38,478 bases of DNA, taken from positions 1 through 38,478 of the IMG/VR virus record IMGVR_UViG_3300012038_000025, one strand, 5' to 3'. The translations under genes were made by a program, and so were the position numbers. Below the pieces are notes generated by a model that saw only the letters and a list, made by a program, of their open reading frames with translations, was not told the DNA's origin and ran no database searches. This stretch comes from a virus (Duplodnaviria > Caudoviricetes). Within the stretch, counting starts at the first letter, position 1. Every line of letters begins with the position of its first letter. Positions 9,304-18,492 of this stretch are shown piece by piece.

Positions 9304-9615
9304 TCACACGCCCCCCGTCAGCTTCGCCACGACGACCTGCAACCCCGCCACGAGCAATGCCCCACCAATCGTGAAGACGGCAAACTTGAGCACCGCAATC
9401 GCGATCTCGGCCTTTCGCAGTCGCCCATTCGTCGCTTCAACGGCCACGGCCAACCGATTGATGTCGGACCCGAGATGCTGCTTGAGTTCCGACGCCGTGG
9501 TCGCGACCAGTTGCAAGCAGTCATCTGACCGGCGCTCGAGATCCGCAAAGCGAGCCTCGAAGAACGCCTGCAAGCCGCGCCCGTCGAGGTCTCCTGCCTG
9601 TCGCTTCCCTCTCAT
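9304..9615 (-). CDS. Coiled-coil protein with C-terminal TM helix, possibly lysis-associated
   Basis: Start reassigned to ATG 9615; helical middle followed by IAIAVLKFAVFTIGGALLVAGLQVVVA. Confidence 0.6.
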   Translation of the reverse strand: MRGKRQAGDLDGRGLQAFFEARFADLERRSDDCLQLVATTASELKQHLGSDINRLAVAVEATNGRLRKAEIAIAVLKFAVFTIGGALLVAGLQVVVAKLTGGV

Positions 9616-9695
9616 GCCTTCGCCCCGGTCACGTAGGCAATGCCCACGATCTGAATGACCGCCGTGACGGCAACGCCGATCCACACTTCAGCCAT
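9612..9695 (-). CDS. 27-aa hydrophobic peptide (not in ORF track)
   Basis: GAGGA RBS, then MAEVWIGVAVTAVIQIVGIAYVTGAKA*; its stop overlaps the next ATG (ATGA). Confidence 0.55.
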   Translation of the reverse strand: MAEVWIGVAVTAVIQIVGIAYVTGAKA

Positions 9696-9706
9696 TCAGT
9701 TCCTCA

Positions 9707-11446
9707 CTAGATCGCGTCCACGATGCAGTACGTCAGGTGAAGCGTCAGAATGTTGTCCGCGTGCCCGCCGGTCAGCGGCGTGGCGCCCGAGTTGTCTGAC
9801 AGCACAACCAGCGCCTTGTTCTCGACGTCGGTAGTGATTAGGCCCACCGTGCGCGCCGCGCGGGCCGTCCAGTTCACGCCCGAGAACGTCGTCGAGAACT
9901 GATGGACCGTCGTCAGCGGTGTCACTTCGGTCTCGTACCGCAGCCCCCAGTCGGCGCTCCCCGTGTAGCCGGTGACGAAGTCCTGGGACGTCCACATGAA
10001 CAGCGGGACGTTGGCAAACCCGACCCCTGGGGCCGGCACAATGATCGGGAAGACGGTCCCGAGGTCGACGATCTCGGCATGCGTCAGGCGCAACGTCGCC
10101 ACGAGCACGGTCGGAGACGGGCTGGCGATCGGCGGGGCCACAATCGACGTGGGGCCGCCACCCGTGTTCAGCCAATCCGAATAGATGTCCCTCGGCGAGC
10201 CTCTGAACTGTGTCCCCTGAATCGCCGTGACGTGGCGGAGCACGTCTTGCGTCTCAGGCGGGTTCTCCGCGTGGACTTCCGTGATCAAAAAGCTCCCGTT
10301 GACGCCGCGATCGGCGGCCGTGATCGTTTGCGTCTGCCCAGGCTGGATCCCGAGTTCATAGGTGGAATAGCGGACGATCAGCTTGTCCGTCTGCGACTGC
10401 GCGAGGAGTGCATCGGCCATTTCCTGCGCTTCCGAGGCGCTCGTCACCGACGGATACAGGTAAACCCGGGTGACTGGCGGCGTGGCCGGCGACGTCTGCG
10501 CCGTGACCGTTTGCGGGAACTGCGCCGTATACCGGACGGTGAAGTCGACGCCGTTCCCCACTGCGCCCAGTTGACGGACGATGGTCAGCGTGTTCGGGTC
10601 GTAGAGCCAGATCGCTGGACTCGTCAGGCCGCCCAGCGTTTCGGTGCCGCCGCTGATGTCCACGACGTGGTAGGCGATCAGGCCGGACGAGGACGGCGGC
10701 GTCGGGCCGACGATCGGCTGCGACAGCGTGAAGGTATCTTCGACGCCGTCGCCGGTGAACGAGTCGACAATGTCGATCGGCGGGCCAGGCGGCCCGTACT
10801 TCACGATGACGATGTTGGGCTGGGACTTCTCGCGGCTGCGCGTGACACGAATATCGCCGACGTGGTGCCCGTCGCCGTCCACGATGTTGATCGGCGCGGC
10901 TTCCTCGCCGGCCGTCAGTAGCCGGAACTCTTCAGACGGATTGATGCGCCCGAAGTAGCCCGTCGCCGTCGTGAGGCGCCCCAGCGCGTCCGACAGCAGC
11001 ACGCCATCGCACACCAGATCCGCCGCCAGTGACGATCCAGTGGCCTGGTCCGGATCGAGCGTCACGCCGAAATCGCCGAGGTAGTTGTCGACGAGGATCG
11101 TCGCGATTTCTTCGATCGTCGTCCCGGCCAGGAACGTCTCGGTGATGTAGATCCCTTGGAAGTAGATATTGAAGGCGTCCGCGCTGAGTCGGAAGGCCGA
11201 CATGAACGACGTCGGCTGTCCGTCTGGGCCTTCTTCGTCGAAGTCGCTCACGATGCCGCCGAAGACGTCCACCCCGTCCTCAGACAACACGACCACATCG
11301 CCCAACGCCGGCACGTACGATCGATTGGGCGAGAGGATCGTGCAGGACAGCACGTCCGCGCCGTTGATGACGGGCTCCCAACTGAGGGAGCCGCCGCGGA
11401 GTTCGCGCTCCACGCCGTCGACTTCGAGGATATAGACGGCGCTCAC
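9707..11446 (-). CDS. Minor tail / tail-tip hub protein
   Basis: 579 aa, acidic, directly after the tape measure; VFGGIV and LGIQPGQTQTI...FLITEV patterns resemble tail hub proteins. Confidence 0.7.
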   Translation of the reverse strand: MSAVYILEVDGVERELRGGSLSWEPVINGADVLSCTILSPNRSYVPALGDVVVLSEDGVDVFGGIVSDFDEEGPDGQPTSFMSAFRLSADAFNIYFQGIYITETFLAGTTIEEIATILVDNYLGDFGVTLDPDQATGSSLAADLVCDGVLLSDALGRLTTATGYFGRINPSEEFRLLTAGEEAAPINIVDGDGHHVGDIRVTRSREKSQPNIVIVKYGPPGPPIDIVDSFTGDGVEDTFTLSQPIVGPTPPSSSGLIAYHVVDISGGTETLGGLTSPAIWLYDPNTLTIVRQLGAVGNGVDFTVRYTAQFPQTVTAQTSPATPPVTRVYLYPSVTSASEAQEMADALLAQSQTDKLIVRYSTYELGIQPGQTQTITAADRGVNGSFLITEVHAENPPETQDVLRHVTAIQGTQFRGSPRDIYSDWLNTGGGPTSIVAPPIASPSPTVLVATLRLTHAEIVDLGTVFPIIVPAPGVGFANVPLFMWTSQDFVTGYTGSADWGLRYETEVTPLTTVHQFSTTFSGVNWTARAARTVGLITTDVENKALVVLSDNSGATPLTGGHADNILTLHLTYCIVDAI

Positions 11447-14400
11447 GGCCAGCGCCTCAGCCGGTAGACCGCGCCTGGCATGTTTCTGACCATGCGCTCA
11501 GCCGTCCGGCGCCCGTCTTCCTCGAACACGATCCGGATGTCGCCGCCGATGCCGCCCATTGCATCCAGCGGGATGACGGCTTCCGGGCCAGCCTCGCCAA
11601 TCATCGCCAGCGTCGGCTGTGAGACGAACCCGCCCGCGGCCAAGTGCGGCACGTTGAACTCGGCGCCGGAGATGTCGACCCCGGTCGATCGGATCGCGTC
11701 GGCGATCTCTTGGATGGCCAGCTCGAAACTGCTCCGGATGCCGAGCACGTCAGGGTCGGACAACGGCTGCAACAGCTCCGCGATCCGGTCGAGCGAGATG
11801 CCCTGATCGGCCATCAGCCGTTCGAGGTCTTCTTGGCCCCCGAAGGCGTCGAAGAAGTTCCCCGCTTCTTGCTGGCCGGTGAGTTCGTCCCAGGGCCGGC
11901 TGTTCTTGTTCATCAGGCCCCAGACGAGCAAGCCCAGGAGTCCAGTCCCAATCGCCGCGCCACCAAGGGCTGCGCCCAGGCCAGCCCCGCCAGCGCCACC
12001 CGCTCCCCCACCGAGCGCCGCGCCGGCCGTGGCGTCCACAACAGCGCCGACCGATCCGGCCTTGCCGAACCCGCCCAGCAGCCCACCGAGCGCCGCGCCG
12101 ATCCCGCCTTGCCGGCCGGTGATTGCCGCGAGAATCCCATCGAGCACGGTCGAGACGAACGACTGAAGGATCTGGGTGAAGATGTTCAGCAGCGCGGCTT
12201 TGATCGAGTTCCAGATGTCGATAAAGCCGTCTTTGAAGGACTTGGCCCCGAGCAACATCTGCGCGAACGAGCCGTTAATGGCCTCGCCCAGCCGCTTCGT
12301 GACATCGGCCACCGCGGGGAAGATTTGCGTCTGCCAGATCGAGACAGTCTCTCGGGCGGCGGCACGTTCGGTCTCAAGCACCTTCTGCCGCGCGGCTTTC
12401 AGTTCTTCGGCTGTGGCCTTGCCGCTGGACGCGATCAGCCGGTAGGCTTCGCGCGCATCTTTCGCGGCCTTGTCAAGATCCGCCTGCATGCTCACGCCGA
12501 GCAACTTGTAGGCGTCCTTCAGTTCTTCCGCGTCATGCTGCGCCTTGACTGTCGTTAGGCTGATCTGCTTCAGGCCCGCCGTGATCGCCTTGACGTCGAA
12601 GGGCACGACGCCGAGCGTCGGCACACCGAGCAGCGCGTTGATTTCGGCCCTCAACTCCCGGATCCGCTGGGTAAGCGCCGCCGTATCCAGGCCAGACTCG
12701 CGCGCCTGCTTCTCCAGCGCTTCGAGTTTCGGGATCGCGGCTTTCAGGACTTCGACGAGCGGCACGCCCGCGGCCTGCGCCGCCAGCATGGCATCGCCGA
12801 ACCGCACGAGCTCGGCCGTGACGTCATCGCGCGTCGTAATGCCGAGTTCACGCAACAGGCCGCGCTGACGTTCAAGTTGGGCATTCAACGCTGCCGCGGC
12901 GGCCGTGGCGTCCTTGACTTCCTGCGTCTCGACTTTCTGGGCCGCCGTCTTCTCTTTGATCTGGCCCTTCAGAAAGGCCATCGTCGCGCCAGACAGATCG
13001 ACCTGCTTCGCCCAGGCGTTGAATCCTGCCTCGTTGGCCTTCATAGCCGCCGTGAGCTGCGGCACGCTATAGCCGGTCGCCTCGATCTCCTGACGGATCG
13101 CGCGTTCCGCGGCGACGGTCGCCTCGGCAATCGTGATGCGACGCTTCTGGACGTCTGCGGCTTTCTCCTCGCCTTGAATCGCGAGGATGCGAGCGTTATA
13201 GGTCTCTCGGCTGATCCGGCCGAGCGCTAGCTCTGCGTCAAGCGCTCGCTTCTGCACCTCGATCGTCTTGCTCCACTGCGCCTGACGGATGTCCTCCAAC
13301 TGCTGCAACGCCGTGACGGCTTCGAGATAACGCTCATTGGCCTGAGCGCTCTTGAGGACGACGCCTGCCTGTTCCGCCCGCGCAATATATTCGCGCTTAA
13401 TTCCATCGACCAGTTCTGATTGCTGCTTGACTGCTCGGCTTTCCTGTAGCTTGACCAGCGCCGCCGTGACGAGCCCGATGCCCGCCGCTACCGCCACCGC
13501 CGGGTGCGCCGCCATGACGGCCCAGAGCGCCCGCACAGCCCCGGTCGCTGCAATCGAGGCCGCCCCCATCGCCCCGTAGGCGGTCGTCGTCGCCATCGCC
13601 GCGACGACATTGGCCCGTAGGCCCACGGCTAGGAAACCGAGGTTGACATTGAGCGCGCGGCTAGCCAGCCCGTTGGCCGCGAAGGCGCCAGTTAGTGCAC
13701 TCGCCGACAGTGCCATCTGGCCGAAGACGAAGATCAACGGACCAGCCGCGGCGGCGACACCAGCTAGACCAAGGGCCAATAGCTGAATCGACGGCGGTAG
13801 CACTGCGAAGGCCTTGGCGGCATTGTCAAGGACCGGCAACAGGGCGCCCATGACCGACACGAGCGACTTGATGGTCGGTAGGAGCGCATTGCCGAGCGTG
13901 ATCCCGACGTCCTTGATCCGATTCCAGAGCAGGAGCAGTTGCGATTCCGTCGTCTCGAAGCGCTTCCGCGCCTCTTCCGTAAGGGCGCTATTCTCGCGCC
14001 AGGCTTTCCCCTGCAACGTCAGCGCCTTCTCGAGTCCGTCACTGTCGCCAGCGAGGCGCCGCAACAGGTCGGACTGGCGCAGTTCGGTAAAGCCCAACTC
14101 GTTCAGGGTTTTGTTGAGGTCGCCGCCGCCGGTCTGAATACGACCCAGCCCTTGGACGAACGCCAGCGTGGCGCCTGCGGCATCCTCCTTGAAGGCTTTC
14201 GTGAACTGCTCAGCGGACATGCCGGCGATTTGGGCGAACTTCGCCAACTCGCGTCCGCCTGCGCTCACCGCCTGTGACAAGTCAATGAACACGCGCGACA
14301 TGGCCGAACCGCCGGCTTCCGCCTCCATGCCGACGTTGGCAATCGCCGCCGAGAAACCGAGCACTTGCCCCTGTGTCAGCCGGATGGTCCGCCCGGCCGA

Positions 14401-14997
14401 TGCGATGCGCGTGGCGAGCGCGAGGATCTCCTGCTCAGTGGACGCGCCGTCATTGCCCAACGCCACGAGCGTGGACGCGAAGCGCTCCGTGTCCTTGCCG
14501 GCCGAGCCGAAGATGTTCTGAATCTTTGCGATGGACTCCGCGGCTTGGTCCGCCGTGACGTTCGTCGTGACCCCCAACAGGGCCATGACGCGCGAGAAGT
14601 CCACGATCTCTGCCTTCGGGATGCCGAGGGCGCCGGCCGCCTCGCCCAAACGATTCAGTTCGTTGACGCTGATCGGAATCTCCTTGGAGAGATCGCGGAA
14701 CTGCTGCGCCATCGCCGCGAACTCCGGCTCCGTCGCCTCCACGGTCTTGCGGACGCCCGCGAACGATGACTCGAAGTCGATCGCCGCTTTGACGGACGCC
14801 GCGCCCATCGCCACCAACGGCAGGGTGATCGTTTTCGTCAGACTCGTGCCGAGCGCCGTCGCCTGCCGGCCCATCGTGGCGAGGTCTTTCGACCACGCGC
14901 CCATCGACGTCGACACACGTTTCATCTCGGCGTCGAAACTCGCCGTATCCGCGGTCAGTAAGACCTTGAGCAGGCCGACTACAGCCGAGTTAGCCAT
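11443..14997 (-). CDS. Tail tape measure protein (TP901-like core)
   Basis: 1184 aa, Ala-rich and helical; AAIDFESSFAGVRKTV and AEAGGSAMSRV motifs; C-terminal LAAGGFVSQPTLAMIGEAGPEAVIPL; follows the tail chaperones. Confidence 0.95.
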   Translation of the reverse strand: MANSAVVGLLKVLLTADTASFDAEMKRVSTSMGAWSKDLATMGRQATALGTSLTKTITLPLVAMGAASVKAAIDFESSFAGVRKTVEATEPEFAAMAQQFRDLSKEIPISVNELNRLGEAAGALGIPKAEIVDFSRVMALLGVTTNVTADQAAESIAKIQNIFGSAGKDTERFASTLVALGNDGASTEQEILALATRIASAGRTIRLTQGQVLGFSAAIANVGMEAEAGGSAMSRVFIDLSQAVSAGGRELAKFAQIAGMSAEQFTKAFKEDAAGATLAFVQGLGRIQTGGGDLNKTLNELGFTELRQSDLLRRLAGDSDGLEKALTLQGKAWRENSALTEEARKRFETTESQLLLLWNRIKDVGITLGNALLPTIKSLVSVMGALLPVLDNAAKAFAVLPPSIQLLALGLAGVAAAAGPLIFVFGQMALSASALTGAFAANGLASRALNVNLGFLAVGLRANVVAAMATTTAYGAMGAASIAATGAVRALWAVMAAHPAVAVAAGIGLVTAALVKLQESRAVKQQSELVDGIKREYIARAEQAGVVLKSAQANERYLEAVTALQQLEDIRQAQWSKTIEVQKRALDAELALGRISRETYNARILAIQGEEKAADVQKRRITIAEATVAAERAIRQEIEATGYSVPQLTAAMKANEAGFNAWAKQVDLSGATMAFLKGQIKEKTAAQKVETQEVKDATAAAAALNAQLERQRGLLRELGITTRDDVTAELVRFGDAMLAAQAAGVPLVEVLKAAIPKLEALEKQARESGLDTAALTQRIRELRAEINALLGVPTLGVVPFDVKAITAGLKQISLTTVKAQHDAEELKDAYKLLGVSMQADLDKAAKDAREAYRLIASSGKATAEELKAARQKVLETERAAARETVSIWQTQIFPAVADVTKRLGEAINGSFAQMLLGAKSFKDGFIDIWNSIKAALLNIFTQILQSFVSTVLDGILAAITGRQGGIGAALGGLLGGFGKAGSVGAVVDATAGAALGGGAGGAGGAGLGAALGGAAIGTGLLGLLVWGLMNKNSRPWDELTGQQEAGNFFDAFGGQEDLERLMADQGISLDRIAELLQPLSDPDVLGIRSSFELAIQEIADAIRSTGVDISGAEFNVPHLAAGGFVSQPTLAMIGEAGPEAVIPLDAMGGIGGDIRIVFEEDGRRTAERMVRNMPGAVYRLRRWP

Positions 14998-15384
14998 CCG
15001 TCTTTAGTCCACGCACCAAGCGCATCCGGTTCACCGGCTGCACCTTTGTCCCAGCCCGTGCCGCTAACATCTCCCCAGCGGCCCGCGCCGCCTCAGGGCT
15101 CATGCGTTCGTCGATCGTGTTCATCGACCGCTCAGTGATCAGCGACTTGAACTCCGGTAGTCGGCCCTTCTTCTTCGCGATCGCGTAGATCCGCACGGTC
15201 TGGTACGCCTGAAACGTCGCCAGCGTGCGCGCGTCTTCGCGTTGCGCCTTGATCACCACGAACTCACGAAACAGCCCACGCACCGTCAACCGGGAGAACG
15301 CCTCCAGGCTCAGCCCCCACCGACGGGACTCGATCTCAAGTGCCCGCCAGTCCCACCGTTTGGCGGCTGAGCCATCCGAGGGCG
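14990..15384 (-). CDS. Tail assembly chaperone C-terminal (gpT-like) part, probably reached by -1 frameshift
   Basis: The frame is open upstream of the listed TTG (15289) and encodes WDWRALEIESRRWGLSLEAFSRLT; it is the -1 frame of the overlapping upstream chaperone. Confidence 0.7.
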
Positions 15385-15729
15385 CTTGGAGGGCTTGACG
15401 CCCAACTCCTTCACGTCATCCAGATCGGGAGCCGTCTCTTTCATCGCCTCCCGCATGGCTGCCGCCGCGCCGAGATCGACGGACGACATCAGGTCGCCCG
15501 CCTGCGCCAGCGTGATCGTCGGGTGATGTCGTTGCAGCGAACCCCAGAACAGCAGACGAGACGCCGTCTGACGCCCCTTCATCGCCGCCTCGGCGACGGA
15601 CTGAAAGGACACCTCTTTTGTCGGCGTGCTCGCCTGCTCTTCGACCAGGATTTGCGCGTTGATGTCGAGGACCAGTCGATAGACCTGGCCCTCGACCGTC
15701 AACGTCGTTTCAGGGAACAACTTCGCCAT
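15310..15729 (-). CDS. Tail assembly chaperone (gpG-like)
   Basis: 139 aa between tail tube and tape measure; LFWGSLQRHHPTITLAQAGDLM motif. Confidence 0.8.
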   Translation of the reverse strand: MAKLFPETTLTVEGQVYRLVLDINAQILVEEQASTPTKEVSFQSVAEAAMKGRQTASRLLFWGSLQRHHPTITLAQAGDLMSSVDLGAAAAMREAMKETAPDLDDVKELGVKPSKRPRMAQPPNGGTGGHLRSSPVGGG

Positions 15730-15739
15730 AAGGTCCGCC

Positions 15740-16228
15740 CTACGGCAGCACGAACGCCTGCGTCGGCATGATGCCGCACGTGTATTCGATCACCGCTTCG
15801 GCGCTCGCCTCGGACAGCGAGAAGCCCGTCAGGTAGCCGGTGATCTCGACTTCGCTCACGCCATCGGGCAGGCGGACGACGAAGTTGTGCGTGCCACGCG
15901 CGATCACCAGCGTCGGCAAGCCGCCCGACGCGAAGACGCCGGAGCCGCCGCCAGCCGTGGATAAGCTGTCTTCGCTCGGCAGGTAGATCCCGCGGATCTG
16001 AATCGCCGAGCTGTCGAGCATGCCGGGTGTGTGCTCTTTGTGTGAGTTCGGGCTGCGAAGGTGCGTCCGGTCCACATCGGCGACGGTCGTTTCGCCGAAG
16101 GTGACGGAGCGCACGCCCGCGATGGCCTCGAAGACTTCGGGCGAGGTGCCATCGCCAATCAAGACCTGCGTCTTGTAGCCGATGGTCCCTTCATCCGCGC
16201 TATAGAAAGTGCCAGTGCGATCTGCCAT
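15740..16228 (-). CDS. Major tail (tube) protein
   Basis: ATG 16228 with GGAGGAG RBS; GDGTSPEVFEAIAGV...DRTHLRSPNSHKEHTPGMLD matches lambda-like tail tube proteins. Confidence 0.85.
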   Translation of the reverse strand: MADRTGTFYSADEGTIGYKTQVLIGDGTSPEVFEAIAGVRSVTFGETTVADVDRTHLRSPNSHKEHTPGMLDSSAIQIRGIYLPSEDSLSTAGGGSGVFASGGLPTLVIARGTHNFVVRLPDGVSEVEITGYLTGFSLSEASAEAVIEYTCGIMPTQAFVLP

Positions 16229-16253
16229 GTGCCTTCTCCTCCACTCGTGTGAA

Positions 16254-16320
16254 ACCGCAAAAGAAAAAGGCCGCCTCGTCGCCCGCACAGGTCGTGTGCA
16301 GAACGTCGAAGCGGCCTTCT
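16254..16320 (-). terminator. Stem-loop plus U-tract in the leader of the major tail gene (terminator/attenuator-like)
   Basis: AAGGCCGC (16267-16274) pairs with GCGGCCTT (16311-16318); on the minus strand it runs into TTTTTCTTTTGCGGT. Confidence 0.5.
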
Positions 16321-16410
16321 CTTCGCGGCCTTGTCGGTGCTGACACGCGCCGGCCTGGCGCGGTTCGAGTGCCCTCTAGTCAGCCCGTTTCAAGAATCAA
16401 ACTCAGTGCA

Positions 16411-16851
16411 TCAATGACTCCGGTAGTCGACGGCGTAATCGCGCGTCACCGTCACGTATTCCTGTTCCTCGCCGTGATACAACTCGACCGGCCCGCCGAT
16501 CGGCCGGACCGACAGGATCTCCACGCCTGGGCTGCCGTTGACAGTCCCCGCAAAGCCACACAGCCCCGTCGCGTCTCCCGGTCCATGCGCCGCCTCGGCG
16601 ACGTCCCTGGCATCCGCCAGCGCGTCCCCGCCGTCTTTCACCGAGGCCATCGCGTCGACTTGCACGCGCGCCTGGTGCAGCCCTGACGAGCCGCGCAAGT
16701 GCATGGGCTCGGTATCGCTGATCGTCTGCACCCGCACGCACGGCATCGTCGTCCCTGGCCTGACAAGCAGCGTGTAAACCCGCGTCGACACGAGCGCCGT
16801 CACCGCGACGATGTCGAGGAGCCGATGGCGCACGAGCTCGGCGGCCGTCAC
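16411..16851 (-). CDS. Tail terminator / tail completion protein (DUF3168-like)
   Basis: VTALVSTRVY...ARVQVDAMA motifs; position before the tail tube gene. Confidence 0.8.
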   Translation of the reverse strand: MTAAELVRHRLLDIVAVTALVSTRVYTLLVRPGTTMPCVRVQTISDTEPMHLRGSSGLHQARVQVDAMASVKDGGDALADARDVAEAAHGPGDATGLCGFAGTVNGSPGVEILSVRPIGGPVELYHGEEQEYVTVTRDYAVDYRSH

Positions 16852-17336
16852 GTCAAGCCACTCCCAGGCCCAGTGGGCACACTCGGCGCCTCAATCGTCG
16901 GCCGCGAGATCCGCTTCGCGGCCAGTTCCAGCCACAGCGCCTCGCCGATGTTCTTGAGTGCCCGTGGCGCTTCGCTGTCGAACGCGGGCCGCATGAACGG
17001 CTGCGCGGCATGGCCACGCTTGCCCGTCGTGCCGTATTCCTGAAACAGCCCGTAGAAGAAGCCCTTGGCCGGTCCCATCGCGACCGTGCCCTGAAACTCG
17101 TCCTGCCGCTCCAGAAAGCCAGACTCGCCGATCGTCTTCATGTTGCGCGCGACGATGATGTTGGCCTTGATGTCCGGAGGGCCTGGCTCATGCGGAGCTA
17201 GCGACTCGGCCCGCTTCCGCATGGGCTCGGCGGCTTCCGTGAGCACGGTCACGAGCGTGTTGCGGCGGACTCGCGCACTGAGGCTGTTCAGCGCCGCCGC
17301 GAGTTCCTTGCCGCCTTCGATCCGCATCGAGACCAT
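16848..17336 (-). CDS. HK97 gp10-like neck/tail component
   Basis: IEGGKELAAALNSL...FYGLFQEYGT...AQPFMRPAFD signature. Confidence 0.9.
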   Translation of the reverse strand: MVSMRIEGGKELAAALNSLSARVRRNTLVTVLTEAAEPMRKRAESLAPHEPGPPDIKANIIVARNMKTIGESGFLERQDEFQGTVAMGPAKGFFYGLFQEYGTTGKRGHAAQPFMRPAFDSEAPRALKNIGEALWLELAAKRISRPTIEAPSVPTGPGSGLT

Positions 17337-17518
17337 CAGGGCTTCTGCTCCATCTCGAACTCCACGCCCATACCAGCCACCATCGCAGCCAGCCAGAACA
17401 ACGGCACCGCACAGCGCACCCGGAACATGGCCCAGGCCATGCCTGTGACACGCACAGTCACCGTGATTTGGCTCATCAACGTGTTAGCCGGGACAGTGAT
17501 GTCTCCCATAGTTGCCAT
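17336..17518 (-). CDS. Small hypothetical protein
   Basis: 60 aa; abuts both neighbours exactly. Confidence 0.55.
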   Translation of the reverse strand: MATMGDITVPANTLMSQITVTVRVTGMAWAMFRVRCAVPLFWLAAMVAGMGVEFEMEQKP

Positions 17519-17881
17519 CTAGCCCACCTTCGCCAGCGCCGTCAGTTCAATCGCGGCCTTCGCGCCCATCTGCTGCGCGCTCGTGATGTTGTAGATCCGC
17601 GACTGAAACGACAGCCGCCGATCCTTCGCCACGTCCACCAGATCCGGGTCCATGTCGGCCCGGTAGTGCATGACGAACCGCGTCTCGGCACGCGCGCTCA
17701 CCTGGTGCGTGTTCACACGTTCCATGCCTCCCACCGCCATCCGGGCCATAAACACCGTGACGGACGGCGTCGTCGTCCAGTCCTCCACGGGCATCCCCGA
17801 CTCCGTCGATCCGTCCGAACGGAACTGGATCGTCACGCGCCGATCAAGCGAGCCGGGGTCCAGGGGCACACCAAGGCGCAT
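17519..17881 (-). CDS. Head closure / head-tail adaptor (SPP1 gp16-like)
   Basis: PGSLDRRVTIQ...TRFVMHYR...RIYNITS pattern. Confidence 0.88.
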   Translation of the reverse strand: MRLGVPLDPGSLDRRVTIQFRSDGSTESGMPVEDWTTTPSVTVFMARMAVGGMERVNTHQVSARAETRFVMHYRADMDPDLVDVAKDRRLSFQSRIYNITSAQQMGAKAAIELTALAKVG

Positions 17882-17883
17882 CG

Positions 17884-18492
17884 CTAATACCTCGGCTGCC
17901 AGAACCGCTCGAGCTGCAACACGGCCGGCACGTTCTGGATCGTGTTCTGGACGCTCAGCGACCGCTGCTTGTAGAGCTCGCCCACCATGAGGCAGATCCC
18001 CGTGATGTAGCGCTCAGGAATCGCCGTGGCGTCCTCATAGCCACACTCGAACGTCACTGTCACCGCGTCTTCCTGCACCCGCGTCGAGGGCCACGTCTCG
18101 CCATAGAGCGGCGTCACTTTGGCCTTCGCCACACGGCCCGAAGGAATCACGGCATACTCGGCCGGCGAGCCCGCGAGGGTCTGCGAGTCGCCGTCGTCGT
18201 CGACGTAGGCCAGCGAGTCCACCTCGATCAGCGGCGGCCCCGGTAACACAATCGCGCCCCACGGAAAGCCGCTCAGGATGATCTGGCGCGTCTGCACGGG
18301 CAGCGCTTCGTGGGTCGCCTCTTCGCAGGCGTCCGTCGCCGCCTTGATCAGCCGCTCGATGTGCGCGTCTTCGTAGTTGTCGTTCGCCGTCCGCAGCACG
18401 TAGTCACGCACGTAGGCCACGTCGACCACGAGGTCGGTCGGCTCCACCGTGCGGCGAGAGAACCAGCGGATCCCCTGATCCCACGCCGTCAT
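17884..18492 (-). CDS. Head-tail connector (HK97 gp6 / phiE125 gp8-like)
   Basis: EDAHIERLIKAATDACE...DAVTVTFECGY...ICLMVGELYKQR motifs. Confidence 0.88.
   Translation of the reverse strand: MTAWDQGIRWFSRRTVEPTDLVVDVAYVRDYVLRTANDNYEDAHIERLIKAATDACEEATHEALPVQTRQIILSGFPWGAIVLPGPPLIEVDSLAYVDDDGDSQTLAGSPAEYAVIPSGRVAKAKVTPLYGETWPSTRVQEDAVTVTFECGYEDATAIPERYITGICLMVGELYKQRSLSVQNTIQNVPAVLQLERFWQPRY

Noticed and set aside
16355-16385. tRNA suggested by the T-loop-like GGTTCGAG (also at 30104)
   Set aside because: I could not build a cloverleaf, acceptor stem or CCA end; the motif is kept only as part of the shared leader elements.
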